DNA of 64,000 nucleotides. It comes from Flavobacteriales bacterium. GTDB taxonomy: Bacteria > Bacteroidota > Bacteroidia > Flavobacteriales_F > PHOS-HE28. Both the position numbers and the translations under genes were made by a program. Below, piece after piece: positions 44,972-54,249 of the stretch. The notes beneath the pieces were generated by a model. That model saw nothing but the letters and a program-made list of their open reading frames with translations. It did no database searches and was not told the origin of the DNA. Each line of letters opens with the position of its first letter. The first letter of the stretch is position 1. The stretch is taken from assembly GCA_020635655.1 (NCBI GenBank), contig JACJZI010000009.1, positions 79,456 to 143,455 on the forward strand, in the 5' to 3' direction.

Positions 44972-45696
44972 GGCAACATCAGTTTGAAGGAGGCCAGTAG
45001 TAACATGACGCCGAGCGCTTGTCGCAGCCGCGGTTCCGGGACCCTGTGTGAGCCAAGGAAGCCACCGAGCAGGCCGCCGAGCACGGCGGCCACGACCCAT
45101 CCACCGATCTCCGGTGTCATCGTTTCGCCGTTGCCGAACGCACCGATGATGCCGGCCGCACTGTTCACGAAGATGAACAAGGCGCTCACTGCGGCGGTCT
45201 CGCGGGCATCCGCCCAATTGAACACCAACAGCAATGGGCTGAGCAGGATGCCACCACCGATGCCGATGATGCCCGAAGCAAGACCAAGCACGGCCCCGAT
45301 CGCCAGCGCGGCCAACACGGGCAAGGTGTGCCTTTCCCCGATCCCCTTTCCGAAGAAGCCGAACAAACGCACTACCGCGAACAAGAGAGCGGCCGCGAGA
45401 ACGCGTTTGTACAGGAGGGGATCGATCTTGATCTGCGCGCCCAGCCAGGCCATCGGGACCGAAGCCACCGCGAAAGGCCAGAACAGGCCCCAACGGAAAT
45501 GGCGGGCCCGGGCGAACTGGAAGAAGGAGATCGCGCTGACGAACAGGTTCATCAGCAAAGCGGACGGTCGCATCACCTCCTGCGAATAGCCCATCAAGGC
45601 CATGACGGCGAGGTAGCCGCTCGCACCGCCGTGCCCGACCGAGGCATACATCAACGCGATCACCGCGAACAGAACCCAAAGCCCAATGGTGCTCAT
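44968..45696 (-). CDS. TauE/SafE-family anion permease embedded in the Moco operon
   Basis: I trimmed to the ATG at 45696 (ATGA overlap with the upstream stop). About 8 TM helices and the VGHGGASGY motif typical of TauE/SafE. Confidence 0.8.
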   Translation of the reverse strand: MSTIGLWVLFAVIALMYASVGHGGASGYLAVMALMGYSQEVMRPSALLMNLFVSAISFFQFARARHFRWGLFWPFAVASVPMAWLGAQIKIDPLLYKRVLAAALLFAVVRLFGFFGKGIGERHTLPVLAALAIGAVLGLASGIIGIGGGILLSPLLLVFNWADARETAAVSALFIFVNSAAGIIGAFGNGETMTPEIGGWVVAAVLGGLLGGFLGSHRVPEPRLRQALGVMLLLASFKLMLP

Positions 45697-46352
45697 GTGG
45701 TCGGGACCTTGGCTGGTGGCGGAGCGAACAGGACGTGCTGTCGCGACGGATGATCGATCAGTTCGACCCAACCCGCGCGGGGATCAATGCCGGCACGAAG
45801 CGCACGGATCCGTTCCCACATGACCGCGGCGACCGAGCGCAGCAGTGCATCGGGCACATCGTGCATGTCACAACCATCCTGTTCGGCGGAGGCGCGGCCC
45901 GGGAAGAGGTCGCTGAGACCGGCACCCGCTGTGGCCCGGTCCAGAAGGACGACCTGCCCTTGGGCGCCATGCACCGCCCCGCTCAACAAGGGGACGCCCA
46001 CATCTGCACAAGCCTGGTCGATCATTAGCCGGGCATGGAGGTCATCCGTACAATCCACCGCGAGGTCATGTCCTTCCAGCATGTACGCGATGTTCTCGGG
46101 ACCGGCGAACCCGTCCAAGGTGTCGAGGGAGAGTTCGGGCCAGGCCCGCCGGCACCACGCGCCCACGATGCGCACCTTGGGGCTTCCTGTATCATCGGCC
46201 ACACAAAGCGGTTGACGACCGACGTTGTGCGATTCCACCCTGTCGCCATCCACGAGGGTGACCTTCCCGACCACATCAGCATGGAACTGGTGAAGCAGGT
46301 GCTGACCGATGCTCCCGACCCCGAAGACGATCATCCGCAAGGGTCCGTCCAT
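45693..46352 (-). CDS. ThiF/MoeB/HesA-family adenylyltransferase (short form)
   Basis: The Rossmann motif VFGVGSIGQ, followed by VTLVDGDRVESHNVGRQ, is typical of the E1-like family. No rhodanese domain. Confidence 0.8.
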   Translation of the reverse strand: MDGPLRMIVFGVGSIGQHLLHQFHADVVGKVTLVDGDRVESHNVGRQPLCVADDTGSPKVRIVGAWCRRAWPELSLDTLDGFAGPENIAYMLEGHDLAVDCTDDLHARLMIDQACADVGVPLLSGAVHGAQGQVVLLDRATAGAGLSDLFPGRASAEQDGCDMHDVPDALLRSVAAVMWERIRALRAGIDPRAGWVELIDHPSRQHVLFAPPPAKVPTT

Positions 46353-46436
46353 TCTTGCGAATGTAGCGCGCGACCGTCCCAGAACGGCGAGACCCCCGAC
46401 ATGGCCGGGGGTCTCGTTGGTTGTGTCCTTCCCAGA

Positions 46437-49256
46437 TCAGCGGACCACGACCGGATGCACGGTCCGACGGTCGTTCACACTGACCGTGACGAAATACTGA
46501 CCCGCAGCGAGGTCGCCCACAGGCAGTTCGATGCGCAGATCACCATGTGCCGCACCGAGATCACGGGCGCGCAGCACGCGTCCACTGATATCAGTGATCT
46601 CCACCTGGACCGGCCCTTGGGCGCGATGGACCGCGATGGTCAGGAGGTCATTGGCGGGGTTCGGCCAGAGGCGGATACCATCGGCGGCATCCACCGCATC
46701 GATCCCGACGGGCCCAACGGTCACGACCGCCTCCGCCCGATCACTGGCGCAGCTCCAGCTTTGTGCACTCACCTCCCAATCATAGAAGAAGTAGTAGTAC
46801 TCATAGGTATTGCCACCGGTGACGTTCGTGCCGGTGATGGATCCCAGTGTGCCCAATGCGTAGGGATAGGTCGGGTTGCTGCCCAGGCCATCACGCCAGA
46901 GGTTCGGTGTACCCACACAGCGCAATGCATAGGTACCCGCGGCAGGCACGTCCAGGTCCAGATCGATGCGCACCTCCCCGACCGGGATGTTGACATCCGT
47001 GGTGGCGACCGTGATGCCGTTCGATTGGTCCACCACGTCGATCGTCCTGTCGCCCGCCGTGTTGCTGTACACCTTCACACTGTTGATGGTGAACGGCTCG
47101 TTGGCGTCGAAGATCAGGTAGTAGCTGTCGTTGGTGTGGTACTGGCCTGTTGCGGTGTTATCGGTACGACCACCGTTGTAGGTATCGCCGCCCAGCACAT
47201 TGGCATCCTCCGCCCAGAAGCTGGTGGTGCTGTTCACGACCGGGGTCGTCCACATGTTGCCTGAACCCACCTGGTTCCCGCCGGACTGCGCGTCGTACCA
47301 AAGCACATTGCTTCCCGTGGCACTGATATCGGCGGTGCCCGGCGCGGGAATTGTGGCGCCCGTGGCCGTAGGCATGGCCGGATAGTCGAGCACGACCACT
47401 TCAATGGGGTCCGATGAGAAATCCGCACAGACCCCGGGGACAGTGACGGAATACGTGCCGCTCTGGTCGACGGAGATGCTTTGGGCCGTGGCATTGTTGC
47501 TCCACATATAGCTGTCCGCATCGGAACTGGTCAGCATCACCGATCCGCCCTGACAGAAGATGGTCTCTCCGTTCGTCGACACGGTCGGGGTCTCGTCGGG
47601 GTCCTGCACCACATTGATGCTGGCCTGACCGGTGCAACCGTTCCCGTCATCAATGGTCACGGTATAGCTTCCGCCCTGGGTCACATCGATGCTCTGGGTG
47701 GTCTCGTTCGTGCTCCAGGTGTAATCGAAGCCGGGATTGGCCGTCAGTGTGAGTGGTGCGCCACCTGTGCAGATCACTGGATCAGTGGAGGTGGTGATCG
47801 CCGCGTTCGGGGAGATGCAGGTCCCTTCGATCACGGTGATGGACTGGTCAGCGTTGATGTTCGCATAGTTGTCCACCTGACCGCTGGGCCAGTGGATCGT
47901 CATGCTGGTGACCTGCGTGGCGGAGCCCAGCCCGAAATGCGCCGTGGAGGTATTGACGATGCCGTAGCTCTCGCCCGAGTGCACCTCGCGCACCTGCGTG
48001 CCCCATGGCCCGGTGATGATCACCTTGGCCCCGATCGCATCCGGGTTGCTCACCACCCCTTTCAGGTTCACGTTCAGCCAATGGTTCCCGTTGGGGGTGT
48101 TCAACCAAAGCCGGTCCGGATTGGACGGATCCCCGGTGACATAGGCGTCGCCGTAGCTGGCATAGACATCCTCGAAACCATCACCGTTCAGGTCACCGAA
48201 TGCGAAGCTCAGCATCGATTTCGGGGAGGGGAACAATCCGGTGACTTCGGTGAACGTGCCATCGCCATGGCCCTTGAAGTAATGATCGGTCGTACCGGTC
48301 ATGATGTCGAGATAGCCGTCGTTGTCCATGTCGCGGAACAGGCCCTGCAGGAAGAAGCCCGAGAAGCTCTCCAAGCCACTGCCGGCGGTCACATTGGTGA
48401 AGTGGCCGGTGCCGTCGTTCTCGAACAGCATCAGGGTGCTGCTGTGCGTGGTGCTGAAGGCGTCCAGGTCGCCGTCGTTGTCGTAGTCACCGAAATCGGT
48501 GGTCCATACCTGCTCGTGGTTCTGCAGGCCATAGACATCGGCCTGATCGGTGTAGTGGTTCGTGCCATCGTTCACGAAGAGGCGGTCCCAGCGGCGCGGG
48601 TCGTTCGGGTCGTTCACACCCTGACGGCAGTGGCTGATGTGCAGATCGATGTCACCGTCGTTGTCGAAATCGGTGAACGTGCTGCCGTAGTTCCCGCTCA
48701 TGTCGCTGGCCGGGTTGGTGCTCCAGTCGATGTAGGTGGCCTGATAGAGGGGTGTCCCGGCACCATCGTTGAACCAGATGTTCGGGGCACCGTTGTCATG
48801 ACAGGCATATACATCCAGCCAGCCATCGCCGTTCATGTCGGCGATGCTCATGCCCTGCGTGAAGATCGAGGGTCCGTTGAGGTTGGACAGGGTATAGACC
48901 CCTCGTGCGGAGATCTGCAGGTAGCGCGTGATGGACACGCCGCTCACCACGTCCTTATGGCCGTCGTTGTTCAGGTCCGCGATCGCCCAGCCCCACTGGT
49001 TGCTGTTGTCGACCTGACCGTAGTCGTAGGTCTCGAAGGTGTGGTCGGGGTTCTGGTAAAGGACGTACACATGCTTGCTCAGATCGAGCTGCACGATATC
49101 GTCCAGGCCGTCCTCGTCCATGTCCACCACGGCCATGCAGCCACCGCTGCTGGCGTTGTGGGACAACATGGCGCTCCCGTTCGTGAACGACGGTTGCGCC
49201 ATCAGGCCACTGGATACGAGGAGCGCCAGGGCCGTCAGGGTGTAAGGGTGTTGCAT
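46437..49256 (-). CDS. FG-GAP/VCBS + ASPIC/UnbV (CRTAC1-like) protein with Ig-like modules and T9SS C-terminal sorting domain
   Basis: I trimmed to the ATG at 49256 (MQHPYTLTALALLVSSGLMAQ). FG-GAP repeats, the UnbV-type GESYG..N....HFGLG segment, and the tail LWPNPANDLLTIAV. Confidence 0.88.
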   Translation of the reverse strand: MQHPYTLTALALLVSSGLMAQPSFTNGSAMLSHNASSGGCMAVVDMDEDGLDDIVQLDLSKHVYVLYQNPDHTFETYDYGQVDNSNQWGWAIADLNNDGHKDVVSGVSITRYLQISARGVYTLSNLNGPSIFTQGMSIADMNGDGWLDVYACHDNGAPNIWFNDGAGTPLYQATYIDWSTNPASDMSGNYGSTFTDFDNDGDIDLHISHCRQGVNDPNDPRRWDRLFVNDGTNHYTDQADVYGLQNHEQVWTTDFGDYDNDGDLDAFSTTHSSTLMLFENDGTGHFTNVTAGSGLESFSGFFLQGLFRDMDNDGYLDIMTGTTDHYFKGHGDGTFTEVTGLFPSPKSMLSFAFGDLNGDGFEDVYASYGDAYVTGDPSNPDRLWLNTPNGNHWLNVNLKGVVSNPDAIGAKVIITGPWGTQVREVHSGESYGIVNTSTAHFGLGSATQVTSMTIHWPSGQVDNYANINADQSITVIEGTCISPNAAITTSTDPVICTGGAPLTLTANPGFDYTWSTNETTQSIDVTQGGSYTVTIDDGNGCTGQASINVVQDPDETPTVSTNGETIFCQGGSVMLTSSDADSYMWSNNATAQSISVDQSGTYSVTVPGVCADFSSDPIEVVVLDYPAMPTATGATIPAPGTADISATGSNVLWYDAQSGGNQVGSGNMWTTPVVNSTTSFWAEDANVLGGDTYNGGRTDNTATGQYHTNDSYYLIFDANEPFTINSVKVYSNTAGDRTIDVVDQSNGITVATTDVNIPVGEVRIDLDLDVPAAGTYALRCVGTPNLWRDGLGSNPTYPYALGTLGSITGTNVTGGNTYEYYYFFYDWEVSAQSWSCASDRAEAVVTVGPVGIDAVDAADGIRLWPNPANDLLTIAVHRAQGPVQVEITDISGRVLRARDLGAAHGDLRIELPVGDLAAGQYFVTVSVNDRRTVHPVVVR

Positions 49257-49267
49257 GTTGAGATCGC

Positions 49268-50461
49268 TCAGGTTTGGTCCGAATGAAAGTTCCTTGCAGA
49301 GGACCCCGAAGATAGGGGCGTGCGCGATACGTTCTCCAACCGCTCCGTGCCTCTCGCTGGGGATCCTGAAACGGCCTCCCACACGGCGGTCTGATGCCGG
49401 ATGCTCTCCTGATGGACCGTATTCATGAAGGCTTCGACGAACGCCCGGTCCAGGCCCAGCTCTTCGCCCAATGCACGTTGTGCCGCCATGATCCGTTCCC
49501 AGCGCTCCGGCTGCAGGATCGCCACGTTGTGCTCCCGCTTGTAGAGCCCGATCCGTTCGGCGATCTCCATGCGGGCCCCCAGCTTTTGCGCGATATCCGC
49601 GTCCAGACGGTCGATCTGGTCCCGCAGATCGCTCAGTGTGTTCCGGAGCGCCCCGCTCGGCGCGGCACTGCGGAATACGAGGCCCTCCAAGAGGTCGGAC
49701 AGGGCCCCCGGAGCGATCTGCTGCTCGGCATCGCTAAGGGCCTGACCGGGATCGTGGTGGGTCTCCACCATCAATCCGCTGAAGTTGAGGTCCAGGGCCT
49801 GCTGGGCCACTTCCTTCAACCGGTCGGGGGCCCCGGCCACGTGGCTCGGATCGGAGACCAGGTCCAGATCGGGGAATGCCGCTTTCAGTCGGATGGGGAA
49901 CTCCCACATCGGATGGTTGCGGTAGGGCGTGGCACCGCTCCAGCTGAACCCGCGGTGCACGGCGGCCAGTCGGCGCAGACCCGCTCCATGCAGCCGTTCG
50001 AGGGCCCCGATCCACAACTGCAGGTCGGGGTTGATCGGATTCTTGACGAATACAGGCACATCATGCCCGACAAGCGCGTCCGCGATCGCCTGGACGCTGA
50101 AGGGATTTGGCACGGTGCGCGCACCGATCCACAACATGTCGATACCCGCCCGAAGGGCCGCCTGAACATGTTCAGGCGTGGCCACCTCGGTGAGCGTCAA
50201 CAGACCGTACCGCTCGCGCACCTCACGCAACCAATCCAAAGCCTTTTCGCCCGCCCCCGCGAAAGTGCCCGGGCGCGTGCGCGGTTTCCAGACACCGGCC
50301 CGGAACACCCGCACACCGGGCACATGGGCCACGATCCCGGCTGCCGTGCCCAGTGCTTGTTCACGGCTCTCCGCACTGCAGGGGCCCGCGATCAGCAGTG
50401 GTCGCTCCAACCCAAGGCCCCACGACCCGAGCGGCAGCACGTTCAATTGCTGATGATCCAT
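49268..50461 (-). CDS. Bifunctional 3-deoxy-7-phosphoheptulonate synthase / chorismate mutase
   Basis: The N-terminal LIAGPCSAES...VFRAGVWKPRT is an AroA I-beta type DAHP synthase. The C-terminal LRDQIDRLDADIAQKLGARMEIAERIG is chorismate mutase type II. Confidence 0.9.
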   Translation of the reverse strand: MDHQQLNVLPLGSWGLGLERPLLIAGPCSAESREQALGTAAGIVAHVPGVRVFRAGVWKPRTRPGTFAGAGEKALDWLREVRERYGLLTLTEVATPEHVQAALRAGIDMLWIGARTVPNPFSVQAIADALVGHDVPVFVKNPINPDLQLWIGALERLHGAGLRRLAAVHRGFSWSGATPYRNHPMWEFPIRLKAAFPDLDLVSDPSHVAGAPDRLKEVAQQALDLNFSGLMVETHHDPGQALSDAEQQIAPGALSDLLEGLVFRSAAPSGALRNTLSDLRDQIDRLDADIAQKLGARMEIAERIGLYKREHNVAILQPERWERIMAAQRALGEELGLDRAFVEAFMNTVHQESIRHQTAVWEAVSGSPARGTERLENVSRTPLSSGSSARNFHSDQT

Positions 50462-50504
50462 TCAGGGACAACAAATGTAGAGGAGGGCCCCATGCTGTGC
50501 GCGG

Positions 50505-51512
50505 TCACCACTGAACACCCAACTTGCCGATCGTTATCCCCCCGGCCAGGTCGGTCAGGGCATTGGGCAGGTCTCCCGCGGCATGGACATGGTGCACATG
50601 GGGCTTGAGCATGCCGCTGGCATGGGCCCGTACGACCTCGCGCAGGCATCGGGCGACGCGGTCCGGATCGTGGTCACCCAGCTTCAACATGTTCACGCCC
50701 ACGATGCTCTTGCTCTTCATCATCAAAAAGATCGGAAGCACCAGGCCCATGTTCCAGACGAAGCGCCAGGTGCTCATGCGGCCGCGCTCCGCCCCACCGA
50801 AAAGCACCACCACGCCTCCGGTGCCGACCAACCGCATGTCCTTCGGGAAGGTCGCCCCAGCCACGGCATTGAAACTGACATGCATCCGCTTGTCACCGAG
50901 CAGGTCCCGCAATTGTCCATCATAGGGCGCGGCCTTCCGATCGATCACGTGATGGGCGCCGATCCTTCGCAGATATCCCAGTTTTTCCGTACCCGACGCC
51001 ACGGCGAACACATCGCATTCCCGCCGCAGTGCGATCTGCACGAGCAGTTGCCCCACACCCCCGGCTGCGCCGTGGACGAGCACGCGCATCCCAGGTTCCA
51101 GGCGACAGGCATGTTCGGCCATGAACCAGGCGGTGCAACCCTGGGTGCCCAGCGCGAGCGCTTCGCCCAGTGGCATATCCTCCGGTATCGGGACCACCGC
51201 GCGATGATCGGTACAGGCGTATTCCGCGTAACCCCCGAAACGCGTGAGCGCCAGCACGCGTTGACCGATCAGCTCCTTCGGCGCACCGCCACCCAACGCA
51301 TCCACACGACCGACGACCTCATATCCCAACACACTGGGCAGCGGCGGAGCCTCGCGGTAAAGGCCCCGCACGGCCATGACATCAGCATAGTTGAGACCAA
51401 AACCCTCCACACGCACGCGCACTTGACGGGGTGCCGGTCGGGGCTCGCTGGCCTCGCCGAGGGTCAGGACCCTGGCGGGATCGCCATGTTGGGTAAGGAT
51501 CCAGGCCCGCAC
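50505..51512 (-). CDS. Zinc-type alcohol dehydrogenase-like / NADPH:quinone oxidoreductase (MDR family)
   Basis: 335 aa. GLNYADVMAVRGLY, GYEVVGRV, and the Rossmann motif VHGAAGGVG. Confidence 0.85.
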   Translation of the reverse strand: MRAWILTQHGDPARVLTLGEASEPRPAPRQVRVRVEGFGLNYADVMAVRGLYREAPPLPSVLGYEVVGRVDALGGGAPKELIGQRVLALTRFGGYAEYACTDHRAVVPIPEDMPLGEALALGTQGCTAWFMAEHACRLEPGMRVLVHGAAGGVGQLLVQIALRRECDVFAVASGTEKLGYLRRIGAHHVIDRKAAPYDGQLRDLLGDKRMHVSFNAVAGATFPKDMRLVGTGGVVVLFGGAERGRMSTWRFVWNMGLVLPIFLMMKSKSIVGVNMLKLGDHDPDRVARCLREVVRAHASGMLKPHVHHVHAAGDLPNALTDLAGGITIGKLGVQW

Positions 51513-51530
51513 GGCGGTAAGATAGCTGAC

Positions 51531-53108
51531 CTACTCGTGGACCATGGCCACCTGGGAACCGGGCCTTGGTCTGTTGTAGCGAACGAAGAGGATCAACGGG
51601 AGACAAATGATCGTCAGGATCCCCACGAGCCAGAAGACATTGTTGTATGCCACCAAGCTGTATTGCTTGGTCACCATCAAGCCCATCAGGCGGTCGGCCA
51701 TTTGAGAAGCCTGGTCCACACTGTAGCCATGGGACATCATGCCCTGGGTGATGGCCCCGAGCCTGTCCTGCACCGCAGTGTCATAGATCGTCACACCGGA
51801 CAGGAGGTCCACATTGTGCTGCACGCCCCTGTTCACCAGGAATACATTGAGGAGCGCGATCCCCACAGCACCTCCGATCTGGCGGATCATGTTGGTGATA
51901 CCGCTGGCCTGGGCCACGTCCGACCCGGTCATGCCCTGGAGGCAGACGGTCAGTATCGGACCCATCATCATGCCCATGCCGACACCCCGTACAATGAACG
52001 GCCAGAAGAAATCCTTCGCGGCGCTACCGGGCGCGCTGAAGGTCATGGCCACAGCAAAGCCCGTCACAAGGAGGATCCCAGCGCCCATGATCCATCGCGG
52101 ATCCGCGCCGCGACCGAGCCATCGTCCAACGAGACCCATGGACACGCCGGTGGCCAGCGCACCCGCGATCAGGAAGTTGCCCGTCATCATGGGTGTCCAG
52201 CCCAGACCGATCTGGACGAACAGCGGGAACACGAACACCGTGCCCATCAGGACCAGGCCCAGCACCGCATTGAGCACCGCGCCGATCGTCATGTTCCCTT
52301 CCGCCAGCAGGCGGATGTTCACCGCCGGGTGCGCTGTGGTCCACTCGTGGTAGACGAACGCGACCAGGCCGACCACGGAGAGGACCGACAGTGCGGTGAT
52401 CAGCGAACTGTTGAACCAATCATCAGCAGGACCCTCCTCGAGCACATACTGAAGCGCACTGATGCCGATCACCAGGAACGCGATGCCCCACCAGTCCAAT
52501 CGCTCGGGGCGTTGCGCACCGACCCTGTTGTGCACGAACGTCCAGGAGAGATAGGCGGCGGCAAGACCCACGGGGATGTTCACCAGGAAGATCCAGTGCC
52601 AGCTGAAGTTCTCGGTAAGGAAGCCTCCGAGCGTCGGTCCGAGCGTCGGTCCGACCATCACACCCATCCCGAATATGGCATTGGCCGTGCTGAGCTTTTC
52701 CGGTGGGTATGCCTCCACGATGATCGCCTGTGCCGAGGTGAGCAACGCACCACCGCCCAATCCCTGGATGAATCGCCACATCACCAGCATGGTCAGAGAG
52801 TCGGCCATGCCGCAGAAAAAGCTGGAAACGGTGAAAAGGAGAATGCTCGCGGTGAAGTAGCGTTTACGACCGAACAGGTCGGAAAGCATACCGGCGAGCG
52901 GGATCATGATCACATTGCTCACGGCATAGCTGGTCACCACCCAGGCGATCTCGGTCGTGGTGGCACCGATGCTGCCAGCGATCTCGCGCAGCGAGACGTT
53001 CACGATGCTCATGTCGATCAACTGGAGCATCGCGGCGGTGATGGCGGCAAGGACCACCATGGTGCGTTCGAACCCTGCGGCGTATCCGGCCGTGCGCCTC
53101 TTCTTCAT
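51531..53108 (-). CDS. MFS efflux transporter, DHA2/EmrB-QacA family (14 TM)
   Basis: 525 aa. QLIDMSIVNVSL, and GMLSDLFGRKR matching the MFS motif A pattern. Confidence 0.9.
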   Translation of the reverse strand: MKKRRTAGYAAGFERTMVVLAAITAAMLQLIDMSIVNVSLREIAGSIGATTTEIAWVVTSYAVSNVIMIPLAGMLSDLFGRKRYFTASILLFTVSSFFCGMADSLTMLVMWRFIQGLGGGALLTSAQAIIVEAYPPEKLSTANAIFGMGVMVGPTLGPTLGGFLTENFSWHWIFLVNIPVGLAAAYLSWTFVHNRVGAQRPERLDWWGIAFLVIGISALQYVLEEGPADDWFNSSLITALSVLSVVGLVAFVYHEWTTAHPAVNIRLLAEGNMTIGAVLNAVLGLVLMGTVFVFPLFVQIGLGWTPMMTGNFLIAGALATGVSMGLVGRWLGRGADPRWIMGAGILLVTGFAVAMTFSAPGSAAKDFFWPFIVRGVGMGMMMGPILTVCLQGMTGSDVAQASGITNMIRQIGGAVGIALLNVFLVNRGVQHNVDLLSGVTIYDTAVQDRLGAITQGMMSHGYSVDQASQMADRLMGLMVTKQYSLVAYNNVFWLVGILTIICLPLILFVRYNRPRPGSQVAMVHE

Positions 53109-53112
53109 GCGC

Positions 53113-54249
53113 TCATCCCTTCGTCGTCACGTCGACGGTGGCGCTCAGGCCGGGTGCGAGGTACACGTCGCTGTCCTGCATCGGATCCAATGCGATGCGA
53201 ACGGGGATGCGCTGGGTCACCTTCACGAAATTGCCGGTCGCATTGTCCGGCGGCAAAAGGCTGAACTTCGCGCCGGTGGCACCGCTGAAAGAGGCGAGAT
53301 GCCCCGACAGCACGACATCCGGAAAAGCATCGAGATGCACTTCCACCGGTTGTCCAGGGCGCATGTCGGTGATCTGTGTCTCCTTGAAATTAGCGGTCAC
53401 CCAGATGTGGGCCTGGTCCACGGCGCTGCACATCGGCATGCCCACGGCGATGTACTGCCCCGGCTCCACGGATTTCCTGCTGACGACGCAATCGAACGGG
53501 GCGAGCACGGCGGTGTGACCCAGCCGGATGCGTGCCAGATGGAGCTCGGCCTCGCGCTGGGCCACCATCGCTTGTGCGAGCGCCACCTGTGACCGTTGCG
53601 CGTTGCTCTGCGACCGCGTGGCATCGGCCTGCCGGCCGCTGGCGTCCGCTTGTTTGCGCGCGGCCTGGAGCATGGCGGTGGCCACATCCACCTCGGCCTT
53701 GGCGGCATCGAGCTGCTGGGGGGTGGCCGCGTCGTCCTTCACCATCGCCTGCACGCGTTCCAGCTCGCGCTGCGCTTTCCATTGGCGTGTCTCCGCACTG
53801 GACACATTGTCCTGCATCGCCGCACCGCTCAGCTGACTGGCACTGGCGCTCATCTCTGCGCTCTGATGACCGGAGCGCGCCGCCTCGAGCTGCGCCTCGG
53901 CGCTGGCCAAAGCGGCCTCGCTCTGCGCCACCATCGCCCGGTAATCCTTGTCCTCGATCAACAGCAGGGTATCCCCCGCGTGCACGTGCTGGTCGTCGGT
54001 AAAGCGCACCTCATGGACGTAGCCTGCGACGCTCGCGCGTACCGGTACGATGTTGCCATCGAGCTGAGCGTTGTCGGTCGTCTCGTGGCCCATGGACCGA
54101 TACCAGAAATAGCCGCCCGACAGGACGGCGGCCACGGCCACAGCGACCAGGATGTTGCGGCGCTTCTTCAGTGACCCGTTGCCGGACCTTTCGTTGGGAT
54201 CTGCCATGTGTTTCTCATTGTCGGGCTCACCGGCCCAGGATGCGTTCAC
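53113..54249 (-). CDS. HlyD/EmrA-family membrane fusion protein
   Basis: N-terminal TM anchor, a long Ala/Gln-rich coiled coil, and a beta-barrel C-terminus. An alternative start is at 54207. Confidence 0.88.
   Translation of the reverse strand: MNASWAGEPDNEKHMADPNERSGNGSLKKRRNILVAVAVAAVLSGGYFWYRSMGHETTDNAQLDGNIVPVRASVAGYVHEVRFTDDQHVHAGDTLLLIEDKDYRAMVAQSEAALASAEAQLEAARSGHQSAEMSASASQLSGAAMQDNVSSAETRQWKAQRELERVQAMVKDDAATPQQLDAAKAEVDVATAMLQAARKQADASGRQADATRSQSNAQRSQVALAQAMVAQREAELHLARIRLGHTAVLAPFDCVVSRKSVEPGQYIAVGMPMCSAVDQAHIWVTANFKETQITDMRPGQPVEVHLDAFPDVVLSGHLASFSGATGAKFSLLPPDNATGNFVKVTQRIPVRIALDPMQDSDVYLAPGLSATVDVTTKG

Noticed and set aside
47481-49286. 601-aa plus-strand ORF, with similar ones at 46035..47264 and 10466..11623
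   Set aside because: These are antisense to FG-GAP/T9SS genes, whose repeats, signal peptides and sorting tails identify the true frame.
50583-53264. 893-aa plus-strand ORF
   Set aside because: It is antisense to the quinone oxidoreductase, MFS transporter and HlyD genes. The composition is biased towards His, Arg and Gly, and there is no recognisable domain.
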